A stretch of DNA of 64,000 nucleotides from Octopus sinensis (Eukaryota): NCBI RefSeq assembly GCF_006345805.1, contig NC_043004.1, positions 47,988,001-48,052,000 of the forward strand, given 5' to 3'. Every line of letters starts with the position of its first letter. Position 1 is the first letter of the stretch. The position numbers were made by a program, and so were the translations under genes. The notes beneath the pieces are model-generated. The model did not search any database. It saw only the letters and a program-made list of their open reading frames with translations, and was not told the DNA's origin. Positions 50,989-63,420 of the stretch are shown here, one piece after another.

Positions 50989-51345
50989 ATACCAAGACGA
51001 AATCTACGATGTTACCACATTAATACTAACACACTCGACTGAAATGCGGAACGCCAACAGTACGAGAAACGGTGAAGAAGTTTCAAAATATCAGTAATGC
51101 AATACAAAGTATTGCCTTCCAGTAAAAAGTAGCCCGTGAGGGAAAAATACACAAATTAGTAAATAAATGGCACAACTAAGTACCGATATTTACTGGAAAT
51201 AGCGAACGTAAAAATACGACGCTAATGTGTAGCTTCACCGTGTATGTATTAGCAAAAATGCGTGTGTGCAACAAATTAGAGAAGAAAAAAAAACCGTCTT
51301 ACCTCCAGGGAAAACATCTGAAAGATGAAACACCCGAAAAGGATA

Positions 51346-51421
51346 ATGTGGTACCTGCAGGTTTCAGGTTTTACAAGATATGTCTCTCACCATATTTTGT
51401 TTTACCTCATCAGCCAAACAT
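51346..51421 (-). ncRNA. Type-I hammerhead ribozyme, unit 2
   Basis: Same motif; one A missing at the base of helix II (CTGATGA-GGT), a real variant or an indel error; site between 51352 and 51351. Confidence 0.75.
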
Positions 51422-51776
51422 ATACCAAGACGAAATCTACGATGTTACCACATTAATACTAACACACTCGACTGAAATGCGGAACGCTAACAGTACGAGA
51501 AACGGTGAAGAAGTTTCAAAATATCAGTAATGCAATACAAAGTATTGCCTTCCAGTAAAAAGTAGCCCGTGAGGGAAAAATACACAAATTAGTAAATAAA
51601 TGGAACAACTAAGTACCGATATTTACTGGAAATAGCGAACGTAAAAATACGACGCTAATGTGTAGCTTCACCGCGTATGTATTAGCAAAAATGCGTGTGT
51701 GCAACAAATTAGAGCAAAAAAAACCGTCTTACCTCCAGGGAAAACATCTGATAGATGAAACACCCGGAAAAGGATA

Positions 51777-51854
51777 ATGTGGTACCTGCAGGTTTCAGGT
51801 TTTACAAGATATGTCTCTCACCCATATTTTGTTTTACCTTCATCAGCCAAACAT
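51777..51854 (-). ncRNA. Type-I hammerhead ribozyme, unit 3
   Basis: Intact motif as unit 1 (TT bulge in helix I); site between 51783 and 51782. Confidence 0.9.
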
Positions 51855-52232
51855 ATACCAAGACGAAATCTACGATGTTACCACATTAATACTAACACAC
51901 TCAACTGAAATGCGGAACGCTAACAGTACGAGAAACGGTGAAGAAGTTTCAAAATATCAGTAATGCAATACAAAGTATTGCCTTCCAGTAAAAAGTAGCC
52001 CGTGAGGGAAAAATATATATATATATACCCACACACTCACACGCTCACATGCACAAATACATTCACACACAATAACACACGCTCACACACACAAATACAC
52101 TCTCGCATTTATACATGCAAATGTGTGTGCGCCTGTGCATACGTATATTTCAGTATAACACGATTAGTATTATAATTTCTTGTCTAAAACTAATATAAAC
52201 CAGAATCTTTGCAATTCTATGTAGGACAAGTT

Positions 52233-52627
52233 TGTTGTTGTTGTTGTTGTTGTTGCTGTTACTGTTGAGCGAAGCGGTCTTCGTCCCAGTAGTGGGAGAA
52301 GTCCGAAACGTGGTCCTTTGCTATTCGTAAGACCCGCAGAAGAGAAAGCAGGTCAACACCCGACACCGAGAGCATCGACGGATGGATGAATGCGCATCCA
52401 GGATCAGCGGTTGCGTAGGAAGTCGGGGACAAGAAACAAGAAGAAAGAGAGTGAGAGAAAGTTGGAGCGAAAGAGTACAACAAGGGTTGCTACCACCCCC
52501 TGCTGGAGCATCGTGGAGCTTTAGGTGTTTTCGCTCAATAAACACACACAACGCCCGGTCTGGGAATCGAAACCGCGATCCTCCGACCGCGAGTCCGCTG
52601 CCCTAACCATTGGGCCATTGCGCCTCC
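52233..52627 (-). mobile_element. SINE family C, third tail variant with (CAA)n end
   Basis: Family C head and body, then an unrelated ~180-nt tail ...GGGACGAAGACCGCTTCGCTCAACAGTAA(CAA)n. Confidence 0.88.
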
Positions 52628-52635
52628 AGTGTTGT

Positions 52636-52674
<39 letters not shown>

Positions 52675-53050
52675 CGACGACAACGACGACGACGACGACG
52701 ATGCCTATGTTGATATTTTTTTAGATGTATTTTAACATCGCATTGATGTCAGCTTATTAGTTATACAATATTCCTTTTCATGACAATTCCAGTGTTTTTG
52801 TTTTTATTTTTATTTTTGAATATTAGACGGGCGTGTATTTTCTTTCTTGTTATCAGATCTGATAGAGCAGAGTTAAATTTCAAAGACATTCGTGTCATCA
52901 CCAACTCGTCTTCTTGTGTACGTGTTTTCATTTATTTTCACCTCTACTTTTTGAGAACGTTGTCTGTGATTTGAGGAAAGATTTGCTGCTATTTCATGCA
53001 GCTTGAATTATTTCATAGAAGCACCCACATTGTAAAAAAATCAATATATC

Positions 53051-53327
53051 AGGCGTAAATGGCCCAGTGGTTAGAGCAGTGGACTCGCGGTCGTAGGATC
53101 GCGGTTTCAATTCCTAGACCAGGCGTTGTGAGTGTTTATTGAGCGAAAACACCTAAAAGCTCCACGAGGCTCCGGCAGGGGGTGGCGATCCCTGCTGTAC
53201 TCTTTCGCCACTCTTTCTTCTGTTGGCCTGCTCGCTTAGCCAGCAGAGTGGCGTCATTCGAAGGCTAAAACAATGCGAAGCGCATTGTGACCAGCGATGT
53301 GTAGCAACATCTGATGGTCTGGTCGGT

Positions 53328-53334
<7 letters not shown>
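53051..53334 (+). mobile_element. SINE family C, short-tail variant
   Basis: Ends GGTCTGGTCGGTCACGTGA then (TA)n; a SINE A tail follows at ~53420-53600. Confidence 0.92.
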
Positions 53335-53373
<39 letters not shown>

Positions 53374-53391
53374 TGTGCGTGTGTGTGTGTA

Positions 53392-53426
<35 letters not shown>

Positions 53427-53699
53427 TTCCCCCCACCATCGCTTGACAACCGATGCTGGTGTGTTAGCAGTTCGGCAAAAGAGACCAATAGAATAAGTAC
53501 TCGGCCTACGAAGAATAAGTTCTGGGGTCGATTTGTTCGACTAAAGGTGGTGCTCCAGCATGGCCGCAGTCAAAGGACTGAAACAAGGAGAAGATGAAAA
53601 GAGTATATACTTATTCTATTAAGAGCTCAACTTCACATTTGACTGCCGATTGTAAATATTCTTTTCTGCTCTAGTAGTTGCTATAGTGAAAACCATTGA

Positions 53700-53985
53700 A
53701 AAACTGACTGCAACCACTAAAGCAACATCTGTCTTTACAAACAGAATTACGCTATCAGCTATCATATTGCAGGGTGATAGTTTATCTGTAATGAATTCCT
53801 TGCCAGCTCTGATAACAAAATACAAAGGCTACACACTGGGATAAGCGGAAAACAATTATATCACTCATACATTCTTTTCATCGATGACCTAAAATTACAT
53901 TCAGGTAATATGACCAACATCAAGAGACAATTAGAACGAGTCACAACATTCTCATGGGATATGGGAATAGAGTTTGGGTAACATA
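53700..53985 (+). mobile_element. R4/Dong-like RT fragment
   Basis: ILQGDSLSV...THTFFFIDDLKLHSGN...DMGIEFG. Confidence 0.8.
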
Positions 53986-53989
53986 ACTT

Positions 53990-56400
53990 GAGATTTCTCA
54001 AAAGTAGCTGTCCCCTCATGCACAGTCCTTCTCCACCTGCTACGGTCAATAGCTATGCCCTCCCATGTGTCAGGAGAGATGCTAGCATCTCTCAAGGAAG
54101 CCTTCGGCAAGTCTTTATACCTCTTTTGGGGGTTATGTGGAGGTCGTTCTCCTTTAGCTAACTCTCCATAAAAGACTTGATTTGGCATCCTTGAATCCTT
54201 CATCCTGACCAGATGACCACTCCATCTGAGCCTTTGCCTCAATGCAAGAGCTTCTATACTTTCACAACGAGAGCTTTCCAATATCTCAAGATTACTGATG
54301 CGTCCTCCCACTTAATACCATAGATCCGACTGAGACACATCTGATGGAAACGTTTCAGTAGTTTAAGGTGGTATCGATAAGTGACCCACGTCTCGCAGGC
54401 ATAAAGAAGAGAAGAGAGCACACACGCCTTGTCCACCTTTATCTTTGTCTTCCTGCATATGTCTCGCCGATTCCAGAGGCGCCTTTCTAGCCTTTCGAAA
54501 GCATAACTTGCTTTCCTAATTCTGTATGGAATTTCAGTATCCAAATTGCTATATCTATTAACAGTGCTTCCCAGGTGGACAAACTGATCGACTATACCAA
54601 GTCATTTACCATACACGTAGATATTTAGTTCACTATACTGCTTACCAGGAGCAGGTTGGTACATGACAACAGTTTTCTTGAAACTGAGTGTCAATCCTAA
54701 GGCATGCAAACATCAGAGGATGCATTCAAACTGTGTTGCATATCAATCTCTGTGAGCACTACTAGATCACAATCATCTGCATAGAGGTAAATATCTTTGT
54801 TTTTGCAGCAAAACTATCTCTGCTTCGAAGGGATAGTAATTACAGTCCACGTGTTAAAATCCCTACCCTCTCTAGCATTAAAGGCACCCAGTACGATGAC
54901 TTTGTCTGCCCGAGGGATATTTCTTATAATGCACTTCAAATATTAAATATGCTGCCAGAAGTTCGATAATGGATATAAATACCATATCTGCAGTTTCTGA
55001 ATGCAATACACAAAACCATCGCAAAATATATGGCAAATAGGGTCAGTGCTAGATACTCCCCTGTTTCGCTCCATTTTGTATTGAGATGGGTTCCGCCATT
55101 TTATCTCTAATATTAACCCTACCCTTCACGTCTTCATGAGAAGACCTAACCAAAGCAAGGAACTTTTCGGGACACCCAAGTTTCTGGAGGACTTTTCACA
55201 GGGCATTTCTAGTAACGTTATCAAAGGCTTTTGTCAGATCGACAAAAACCTGATATAAATCCAGACCCTGTTCCACACACTTCTCCTGAAGCTGTCTGGC
55301 TCAGAAGATCACATCAGCAATGCCGCGTCCCACATGAAAGCCAGATTGACTTTCTGGAAGAACACAATCTGCAACGTGTTTCAGCAGACGATCCAGAAGT
55401 ACTCTGCATAAAACCTCTCTTACGACAGAAAGCAGTGATATTTCCCTATAGTTACCACAATCATTCCTGTTGTCCTTTCTCTTATATAAGACCACTATTA
55501 CTGTATATCTCAAGTCCTCAGGTACAGATTCACTAATCCATATCATACCAAACAAGGAGTGAGGTTGCGGCAGAAGTTTCTCACCGCCATGCTGCAACAA
55601 CTTCGCATGTATGCCATCCATACCCGGAGACCTCCCATTATTCATCCTTGAAGCAGCCACTGCAACTTCTTGCAACATTGGTGGTTCTGTGAGAGCTGCC
55701 TTCACAGGTAATTCAGGGATGAGATTGAAAACATCCTCACTAACTACAGACTGCTGATTCAAAAGTTCATCAAAGTGTTCTCGCCATCTTCGCAGAATGC
55801 CTTGTGAATAACGAAGAAGTTATTTACTATCTCTGCTTCGAAGGGATAGTAATTGCAGTCCACGTGTTAAAATCCCTACCCTCTCTAGCATTAAAGGCAC
55901 CCAGTACGATGACTTTGTCTGCCCGAGGGATATTTCTTATAATGCACTTCAAAGCATAGTAGAAAGAAATTTCTCCGTCATCAGTAGAGTACATAGTTGG
56001 AGTATACACACTCATCAACGTCACATAATTTCCTTTAACCAAAGGAATTCTCATAGACATAAGACGGTCGCTAATCTCAACTGGGAATTCATTCAACTTG
56101 TCCACAAGAGTAGTCTTAACAGCAAAAGTAACTCCAACCTCTCCTCAAAACTCTTCATCTCTCCCTTTCCAAAAGAATATGTATTTTCCATAAGGTTCTT
56201 TAAGATAACGATCTCCAGCTAATCTCGTCTCAGATAAAGCAACAACGTAAAGATCATAGCGTTGAAGCTCCTTCGCAACAAGAGCAGTCCTTCGTTCAGG
56301 ACATTCTTAGGACTCGCAGTCAAGCAGTGTTCGTACATTCCAACAGCCAATATTCAATATTTTATTTGGTTCTATCACAGTAGATTGTGATGATTTGGAG
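53990..56400 (-). mobile_element. RTE/BovB-like LINE, internally deleted and rearranged
   Basis: IGCWNVRTLL...ALSETRL (APE, ~56350-56200), SVYTPT, GRSPGMDGI...YREISLLSV (RT), LYADDC (~54780), RLRWSGHLVRMKDSRMP.QVFYGEL. Confidence 0.92.
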
Positions 56401-56569
56401 GCCCTGCCGAGCCAGACTCTCTCATCTGATGTGGTTCCAGAGTCCTTACTGCCATTTATTTTACACTGTTTTCGTACATCATTGATTGTTTGCTTTTTAA
56501 GGCTACAGCACGATCAACAATCATCAATTAGTTAATTAATTATTCAATCAATCAATCAATGTTGTTCTC

Positions 56570-57254
56570 GTGCAGACCCTCTGCAAGAAGATTTTTTTTA
56601 AAAAGTGAAGATTGGATGTGCACTGAGTCAATCCCACTTACTAAGCAACAGCAGCCATAACCCGAAAAGAAGAACAAGTCATCATCATCGGCAACTACTG
56701 AGCCGCAGATTTTATGCCGGAGTTAACCTAGTTACCTGACTTGCCTTCTCCTCAAAGGATACCCTAACAAGGGCTAGGGGTCCTTCACTCCCAATGGTTT
56801 ACCCGCGCGACCAGGTATTCAGTCCGATTATTTCTATGTCCCCGTGCAAAATACAGCCATAAGCTGGATAAAATAGATATTTAAAAAAACGAAAAAAAAC
56901 ACGATATATAACAAATATTAATATACAATATATATATATAAAATATACGATATGGAATGCATAAAAATATGTATAATGAGCAAACTATTAGAAATATACA
57001 ATATATAAAATTAGTGAAAAAAAATTAGGATTTACAGTAAATACATAATTGCACACATATTGAATGGCCGTTGACTCTCAAGAGTTCCTCCACCCTTTGA
57101 TGGGTTTTGTTTTTCATCCCGCAGGGTGTCCAATAAACACCCTCCTCACCAAGCAAGCTTGGTGGGATTGCCGGTTTAGTCGCCGACGGCCCGACCATGC
57201 AACGGGTTGTACTGGGTTACATGTTACCAGTAGCACTCGAAAGTGACCTGACAT
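56570..57254 (-). mobile_element. RTE-type 5' UTR segment with an AT-rich insertion (~56870-57060)
   Basis: Colinear with 18198-18704; lies upstream of the APE ORF in the same orientation. Confidence 0.75.
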
Positions 57255-57261
57255 AAGATAC

Positions 57262-57770
57262 AGACATACAGAGAACAGTTGTGGAAGTCATGCCCAACGG
57301 ATGTTAACATAAAGCTAATGATCAACGAAAAAGAAAATACCTTCGCTAAACTATTGAGGAATCTACAGCTATTCTATCTAAATTACATGTTCAGGTTTAT
57401 ATCTGTAATTATTGGACCACTGAGACAAGTGTGACACACTGCCTAAATACCAATATTGAGAAATTAGGCTCCTCAAAACCAGGAAGGAAAAAACTGATTC
57501 GATGACTACAAATCTAAGCTATCACTGGAACTGTAAAAATCTGTGTAACTTTCCAGAAGTTTTTCATGTCAGTATATATGAGCATGTCTAGGCATGCAGC
57601 TATATGTATGAGAATGCATACATAAAACAAAACATACAAATCTCTTCATATACAAACATTCAAATATACCCTGTCGATGTTGAAATTCCAGTGAAGAGGC
57701 CTTGGAACTAGGTTAGAAACCAGTAGTTTCTCCATTGGCAAGAAATAAAACTGAATAATGAGATACATAC
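57262..57770 (+). mobile_element. REL-type LINE 3' fragment (homologue of 17500-18070)
   Basis: KLIR.LQI.AITGTVKICVTFQKF remnant and 3' UTR ending GAAATAAAACTGAATAAT. Confidence 0.8.
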
Positions 57771-57799
57771 ATACATGCATGCATCCATGCATGCATACA

Positions 57800-58150
57800 T
57801 TATTATTATTATGGCTGCCCCCTTGTTATCGAGTATGGCCATTGCACGAAGCTTAACTGTTACTGGTGCTGTGATCGAATGTGACTTTTTAGCCCAGCTA
57901 AAGATCCACAATGTCTTGCACAGAATTGGCAACTAAAACCTTTACCGGTAATAGCCGGCTGTAGTTGTAACTGGGCTTCATGTACCTCTGCATGTCGTTT
58001 AAGTCCTCCTGACGAATTACACTCTCTTCCACATGCCCGACAGATATGATTAGTATGGTATGTTACACCACCACCAGTGGCCAGGTTGTCACTCATCTGT
58101 CTCGCGTTATGACTACAAAGATGACTCTTGAGTTCAGCTTTACTGAGGCA
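57800..58150 (-). mobile_element. RTE 3' end (C2H2 fingers and tail)
   Basis: CRACGRECNSSGGLKRH and CQFCARHCGSLAGLKSHIRSQH*, then a 44-nt tail and (TAA)n; flanked by (CATA)n. Confidence 0.85.
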
Positions 58151-58274
58151 TGCATACATACATATATACATACATACATACATGCATGCATGCATGCATA
58201 CATACATACATACATACATACATGCATACATACATACATACATACATACATACATACATACATACATACATACA

Positions 58275-58306
<32 letters not shown>

Positions 58307-58880
58307 GATTTACTTACTCGAAGGAGTATTATATGATTAAATAGTAAAGCGTCTGGGTGATGGAGTTTTCCTGGCAAATATTCTAGAGAATATATACAGT
58401 TAAGAAAACAATCGCAATTGACCTGCATAAATGTGTTACTCCCCCCCCCCCCACACACACACACACTTTTACCTTAATTAACATTCACCATAACATCACT
58501 TAATAATATATTGTGAATATATACTGATAAGATAACAACAAAAACGATTGACCTAAAATATTTCAATTTAAAGGTCAGAAGGTCTGTTGGAAAATAATTA
58601 CCTGAAAACATTGAATCTGATCGTCTACAGTATGTATAAGCATACTGTGTGGATTTGAAGAGTTTAACTATTTCAACGCACACACGCTTGCACTATTAGG
58701 TACACATACTTCCATAGTTCTCTGTGTATGGATATATACACATTTACCCGCGTATGTATAAATATATACGTGTGTGTGAGTCAGTGAGTGTGTGTGTGTG
58801 TGTGAGTTTGTGTGTGTGAGAGTTTGTGTGTGTGAGAGAGTTTGTGTGTGTGAGAGAGTTTGTGTGTGTGTGTGTGTGTG

Positions 58881-58980
58881 NNNNNNNNNNNNNNNNNNNN
58901 NNNNNNNNNNNNNNNNNNNNNNNNNNNNNNNNNNNNNNNNNNNNNNNNNNNNNNNNNNNNNNNNNNNNNNNNNNNNNNNN
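58881..58980. other. Assembly gap (100 N)
   Basis: Run of N. Confidence 1.
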
Positions 58981-59561
58981 TGTAAATAATAAAATAATAA
59001 ATAATAATGGTATTTATGTAAGCTTAAAGCGATCACCAAGCAATGGCCAAGGGAAATAGTCTAATAATGAGGCATTTAAGCCCCCGACAGAAAAATGTAG
59101 GCTTTCTCATCCGCGTGGGACACGAACCCACATTCCTTTGTTAACAAGTGTATTACCATTACACCAGCGAGTTAGCCATCCAGTTTCTATCACATTTAAG
59201 AACTATATTAGTTTTGATTGTTTTTTATAAACAAATTTCAATGTACTTTCGGTGCGAATGGTTTTGTTATACGGCGCTGATGCTTACAATAATGTAAATA
59301 ATAATAATGGTATTTATATACGTGTAAAGCTTATAACGATCTCCGTGCATGACTAAGGAATATAGTAAATAATGGGTCATATAAGCCTTCAAAAAAAAAA
59401 TGAGGTTTTACCTGTCGAGGGTTTATATGCCCAATTATCAGGCTGTTTTCTTTGATCATAGCACGGTGATCGCTATAAGCTTTAAGCTTAAATAAATACC
59501 ATTATTATCTACAGGCTTGTGAAACTCGGCACCTATAACAAAACCATTCCCACCGAAAGTA
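58981..59561. repeat. Foldback repeat with an upstream direct copy and a tRNA-like segment
   Basis: Imperfect palindrome 59244-59561; the arm motif AATAATAATGGTATTTAT...AAGCTTA..GCGATC recurs at ~59000; A/B-box-like TGGTGTAATGGT...GGTTCGTGTCCC on minus at 59105-59177. Confidence 0.6.
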
Positions 59562-59766
59562 TATATGTGAGTGTGTATACGTATGTATGCATGTATGTGT
59601 ATATATATGTGTGTACATATGTTGTTGTATATATATAATATATAATATATATATATATATATAATATATATGTAAAATGTATAGATGTATATGTATAATA
59701 TAGATGTATATATATAGAGAGAGAGTTATATGTATATATATAGATGTATATATATAGAGTTATATG

Positions 59767-59800
<34 letters not shown>

Positions 59801-59809
59801 AATGTATAG

Positions 59810-59847
<38 letters not shown>

Positions 59848-60004
59848 GTATGTATATGTATATATGTGTGTATATCATATATATATGTGTGTATATATAT
59901 GTGTATATATATACATATATATATATAAATGTATATGTATATGTATATATATATACATTATATATATATGTGCGTGTGCGCGCGCGCGTGTGTGTATGTC
60001 TATA

Positions 60005-60320
60005 TACACTATAGCTTCAGGCCCACCAAAGCCTTGTGAGTGGATTTTGTACACGGAAACTGAAAGAAGACTGTCGTATATATGTTTATATTTGTGTGTG
60101 CGCGTGTGTGTGTGTGTGTATCTGTGTTTGTACCCCACCATCGCTTGACAACCGATGTTGCTGTGTTTACATCCACCTAACTTAGCCGTTTGACAAAACA
60201 CACGGACAGAAAAGGTACTAGGTTTACAAAGAATAAATCCTGGGGTTGGTTTCTTCGACTAAATGTAGTGCTCTAGCATGGCCGAAGTCACATAACTGAA
60301 ACAATTAAAACAATAAAAAA
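60005..60320 (+). mobile_element. SINE family A lacking its head
   Basis: Body and tail match family A. Confidence 0.8.
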
Positions 60321-60335
60321 CTATGCCATTGTCAT

Positions 60336-60363
60336 CCCGTGCAACACCGGGTATCTCTGCTAC
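60336..60363 (+). other. Possible Helitron/Helentron-type 3' terminus
   Basis: CCCG-tgcaacac-CGGG hairpin followed after 8 nt by CTAC (canonical CTAG); no 5' end found. Confidence 0.35.
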
Positions 60364-60586
60364 TTATATATATACATTGAGACAAACAAATTTTCTAACA
60401 TGAACCCAGTCTTTAGACTTGCACTAACCAGTAATTAGTGCAGTTCATAAATTTGCTTCCAAAAATTATAACCTCGTTTGCATCGTTAATGAAAATGAAA
60501 CCCGCTTAAAAATACACTTCAACCTAAACATCCGTGATGTTATTGGGAGTATTAAGTCAGAACTAGTGATCACAAACAAATATTAT

Positions 60587-60775
60587 TCTCTTTTACTCTT
60601 TTACTTGTTTCAGTCATTTGATTGCGGCCACGCTGGAGCACCGCCTTTAGTCGAGCAAATCGACCCCCAGAACTTATTCTTTGTAAGTCTAGTACCTATC
60701 CTATCGGCCTCAACCAGCAGCGGTTGTCAAGCGATGTTGGAGGACAAACACAAACACAAACATACACACACACAT

Positions 60776-60828
<53 letters not shown>

Positions 60829-60996
60829 CATACGACGGGCTTCTTTCAGTTTCCGTCTACCAAATCCACTCACAAGGCTTTGGTCGGCCCGAGGCTATTG
60901 TAGAAGACACTTGCCCAAGGTGCCACGCAGTGGGACTGAACCCGAACCATGTGGTTAGTTAGAAAGCTACTTACCACACAGCCACTCCTGCGCCTA
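60587..60996 (-). mobile_element. SINE family A, full length
   Basis: Complete reverse-complement copy. Confidence 0.95.
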
Positions 60997-61514
60997 TTCC
61001 CCAAAATTATAATGAAAAGCATATTTATTTTCATTTGAATATGTTGAACTGTTACATATTTTTAATTCGCAGTTAGTTTTTAAACTTTGTACTCCTACTC
61101 TATAACAATTCTAAATCTACTAGTCTTGATATTAAAACCCAAGTATTTTATTTATTTAATTGAACTAGTTAGTGTCACTGCAAGTACACAAGCATTAAGC
61201 ACGCGCGCACGTACGTGAAAGGGTGTCTGTGTTTAATGCAATTTGCAGACCACAGTTTAGGCAGTAAGTACCTGAAATTCTTGCATAGCTGCATAATTTT
61301 TAAGGAGAGGATCATGGTTAACCTTTTACTTATTTCAGTCATTGAACAGTGGCCAAGCTGGGTAAAATCGACTTAGCTTTAAAACGTGGGACATATTCTA
61401 TCGGGTTCTTTTGCTGAACTGCTACATTATGATGTAAACACTCCAACAGTGGCTGGGGGAACTAACACCAAAACTTGCACGTACACACACACATACACGG
61501 TATATGATGGACCG

Positions 61515-61990
61515 ATCTTATTGGTATCAAATTTCTGGCAAGCGGGTGGTCGCTTGACGTTGCAGAATCGCATCTTGATCTTGGCAACCAGAAGTTCATT
61601 GTCAGATCCTCAGTCTATCCCAGGAAACGTCTTCACAGCTCGGACTGAACTCTTCCACCGTTGCTGACATAGGATGTTGTCGATTTGATTGCCGTACTGT
61701 CCACTTGGCGACGTCCAGGTGTATAGCTGTCTTCATGGTTGCCGAAGCCAAGTATTGGTTAGCCGCATGTGCTGATCTTGACAAAATTGGACTAGTCGAT
61801 CTCCTCCTTCATTCCGTTCTCCTTATCCAAATTTGCCAACGATGTCTACTTCTGCCCTTTCTCCAATTCTAGCATCGAAATCTCCCAGAATATACACAAC
61901 ATCTCCTCGTGGTGTTTCCTCGATTGCGCCCTGAATTTCAGTATTGAAAGGTCCAACACGTGATAAAATTTCTCTTTAACAGATTTGAGT
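61515..61990 (-). mobile_element. BovB-like APE endonuclease fragment
   Basis: VYILGDFDARIG...GKFG*GERNEGGDRLVQFC...LYTWTSPSGQYGNQIDNIL..QRWKSSV. Confidence 0.88.
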
Positions 61991-62139
61991 TTATCCGGGG
62001 CTAGGTGTCGTGCGTAGCATACTATAAGAGGTCTCTTGGTAAGAATTCGTTGGGGACTTATGAAAAACAGCCACAGTTAAATCCAGGAACCTCGACAAAA
62101 GTTCATGAAAACGATTAGTAAGTACTGGCACAAAGAATA

Positions 62140-62640
62140 GTGAGCTCACATTAGAATAATGTGAGCGAAGGTCTTGCTTCGATTAAACGCTGATTTCTCA
62201 AATCGACTAAGAGTTTAAGATGGTGTAAGAAATCGGTACGGAAAATAGGGTATGGTAAATTAGCAGTTATAAATACCCACTGGAACTACCACCGAAGATT
62301 GATATCAAGAGTCAAAACTTTCTCGCCAAAAGTGCGAATTGGGGAATAGTTAATTGCATGTAAAGTAACGGGAATCCGTAACTAAGCTGACAGACCAAGC
62401 GCTACAAGCAACGCCAAACGCTAGTGTCGACTAATAATTTACACTTCGAATGGGAGTCATGGATGAAGAATGCGCGGCTCGGTATTGGTCCTTCAAAGAA
62501 TTTCGCCCAATCCCTGGGAAGTGAGTCTTCCGATTGTTGAATGGCTGGGATAAAGCTGCAAGAGGGTGTACATAAATTGACTGGTCTAATCTTTGTGTCT
62601 GGAGTTACCGTAGATAACCGAATGACAAGAAGAAACAAGT
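62140..62640 (-). mobile_element. Gypsy/Ty3 LTR retrotransposon aspartic-protease remnant
   Basis: FFIHDSHSKCKLLVDTS and SPIRTFGEKVLTLDINLR.*FQWVFITANLPYPIF.TDFLHHLKLLVDLRNQRL. Confidence 0.8.
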
Positions 62641-62974
62641 AAATTCAATCTGACTGTTCTGTATTACAACCGTTATAAAAATAAACGGCTAATGTCTTAC
62701 ATATTGGCAAATAACTGGTTTGGTGATTTTAACTAACTATACCTGGAACAGCGGAAGATGTGTCATAGTTCAAATTCTGTAGCATGTTCCTGGCTTGGTT
62801 CTGTGTGCTGAGGTCGTCGGCAGCGGAGGAAAAAAAACAGGAAGACGTCCGGTTCGTTTGTGATCTCGTCTGGTCCCGGTCTCAAGGAACTCAGTAAAGC
62901 TGAGCGCGCTAAGCGCTTTATGAATATGAAACTCCGGGCAACCCCCATAAACCGGGAATATTTATCTTTGTATG

Positions 62975-63420
62975 TGTGTGTGTTTCCCCATCACTTCTTG
63001 ACAACCGATGTTGGTGTGTATACCTATTTCTTTACTACCCACAAGGGGCTAAACACAGAGAGGACAAACAAGGACTGACACACGGATTAAGTCGATTATA
63101 TCGACCCCAGTGCGTAACTGGTACTTATTTAATCGACCCCCGAAAGGATGAAAGGCAAAGTCGACCTCGGCGGAATTTGAACTCAGAACGTAAATACAGA
63201 CGAAATACTGCTAAGCATTTCGCCCGGCGCGCTAACGTTTCTGCCAGCTCGCCGCCGGTGTTGGTGTGTATACGTCTCCGTAACTTAGTAGTTCGGCAAA
63301 AGAGACCGATAGAATAAGTACTAGGCTTAAGAAATAAGTCTTGAAGTCGATTTGATCGACTAAATCCCTTCAAGTCGGTACACCAGCATGGCCACAGTCA
63401 AATGACTGAAAGAAATAAAA
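62975..63420 (+). mobile_element. SINE family A tail interrupted by SINE B
   Basis: The A tail resumes after 63273. Confidence 0.85.
63024..63256 (-). mobile_element. SINE family B with 15-bp TSD
   Basis: TSD TGTTGGTGTGTATAC at 63009-63023 and 63259-63273. Confidence 0.95.

Larger units (their letters stand above)
50721..52015 (-). mobile_element. Tandem trimer of a ~432-bp hammerhead-containing unit (non-LTR-retrozyme-like) in (TA)n
   Basis: Units start at 50721, 51152 and 51585; near-identical; (TA)n on both sides; one hammerhead per unit on minus. Confidence 0.92.

Noticed and set aside
51225-51530. 101-aa ORF in the 432-bp unit
   Set aside because: Antisense to the ribozyme and broken by indels in the other two units.
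58881-58980. Poly-X ORFs across the N run
   Set aside because: Assembly gap.
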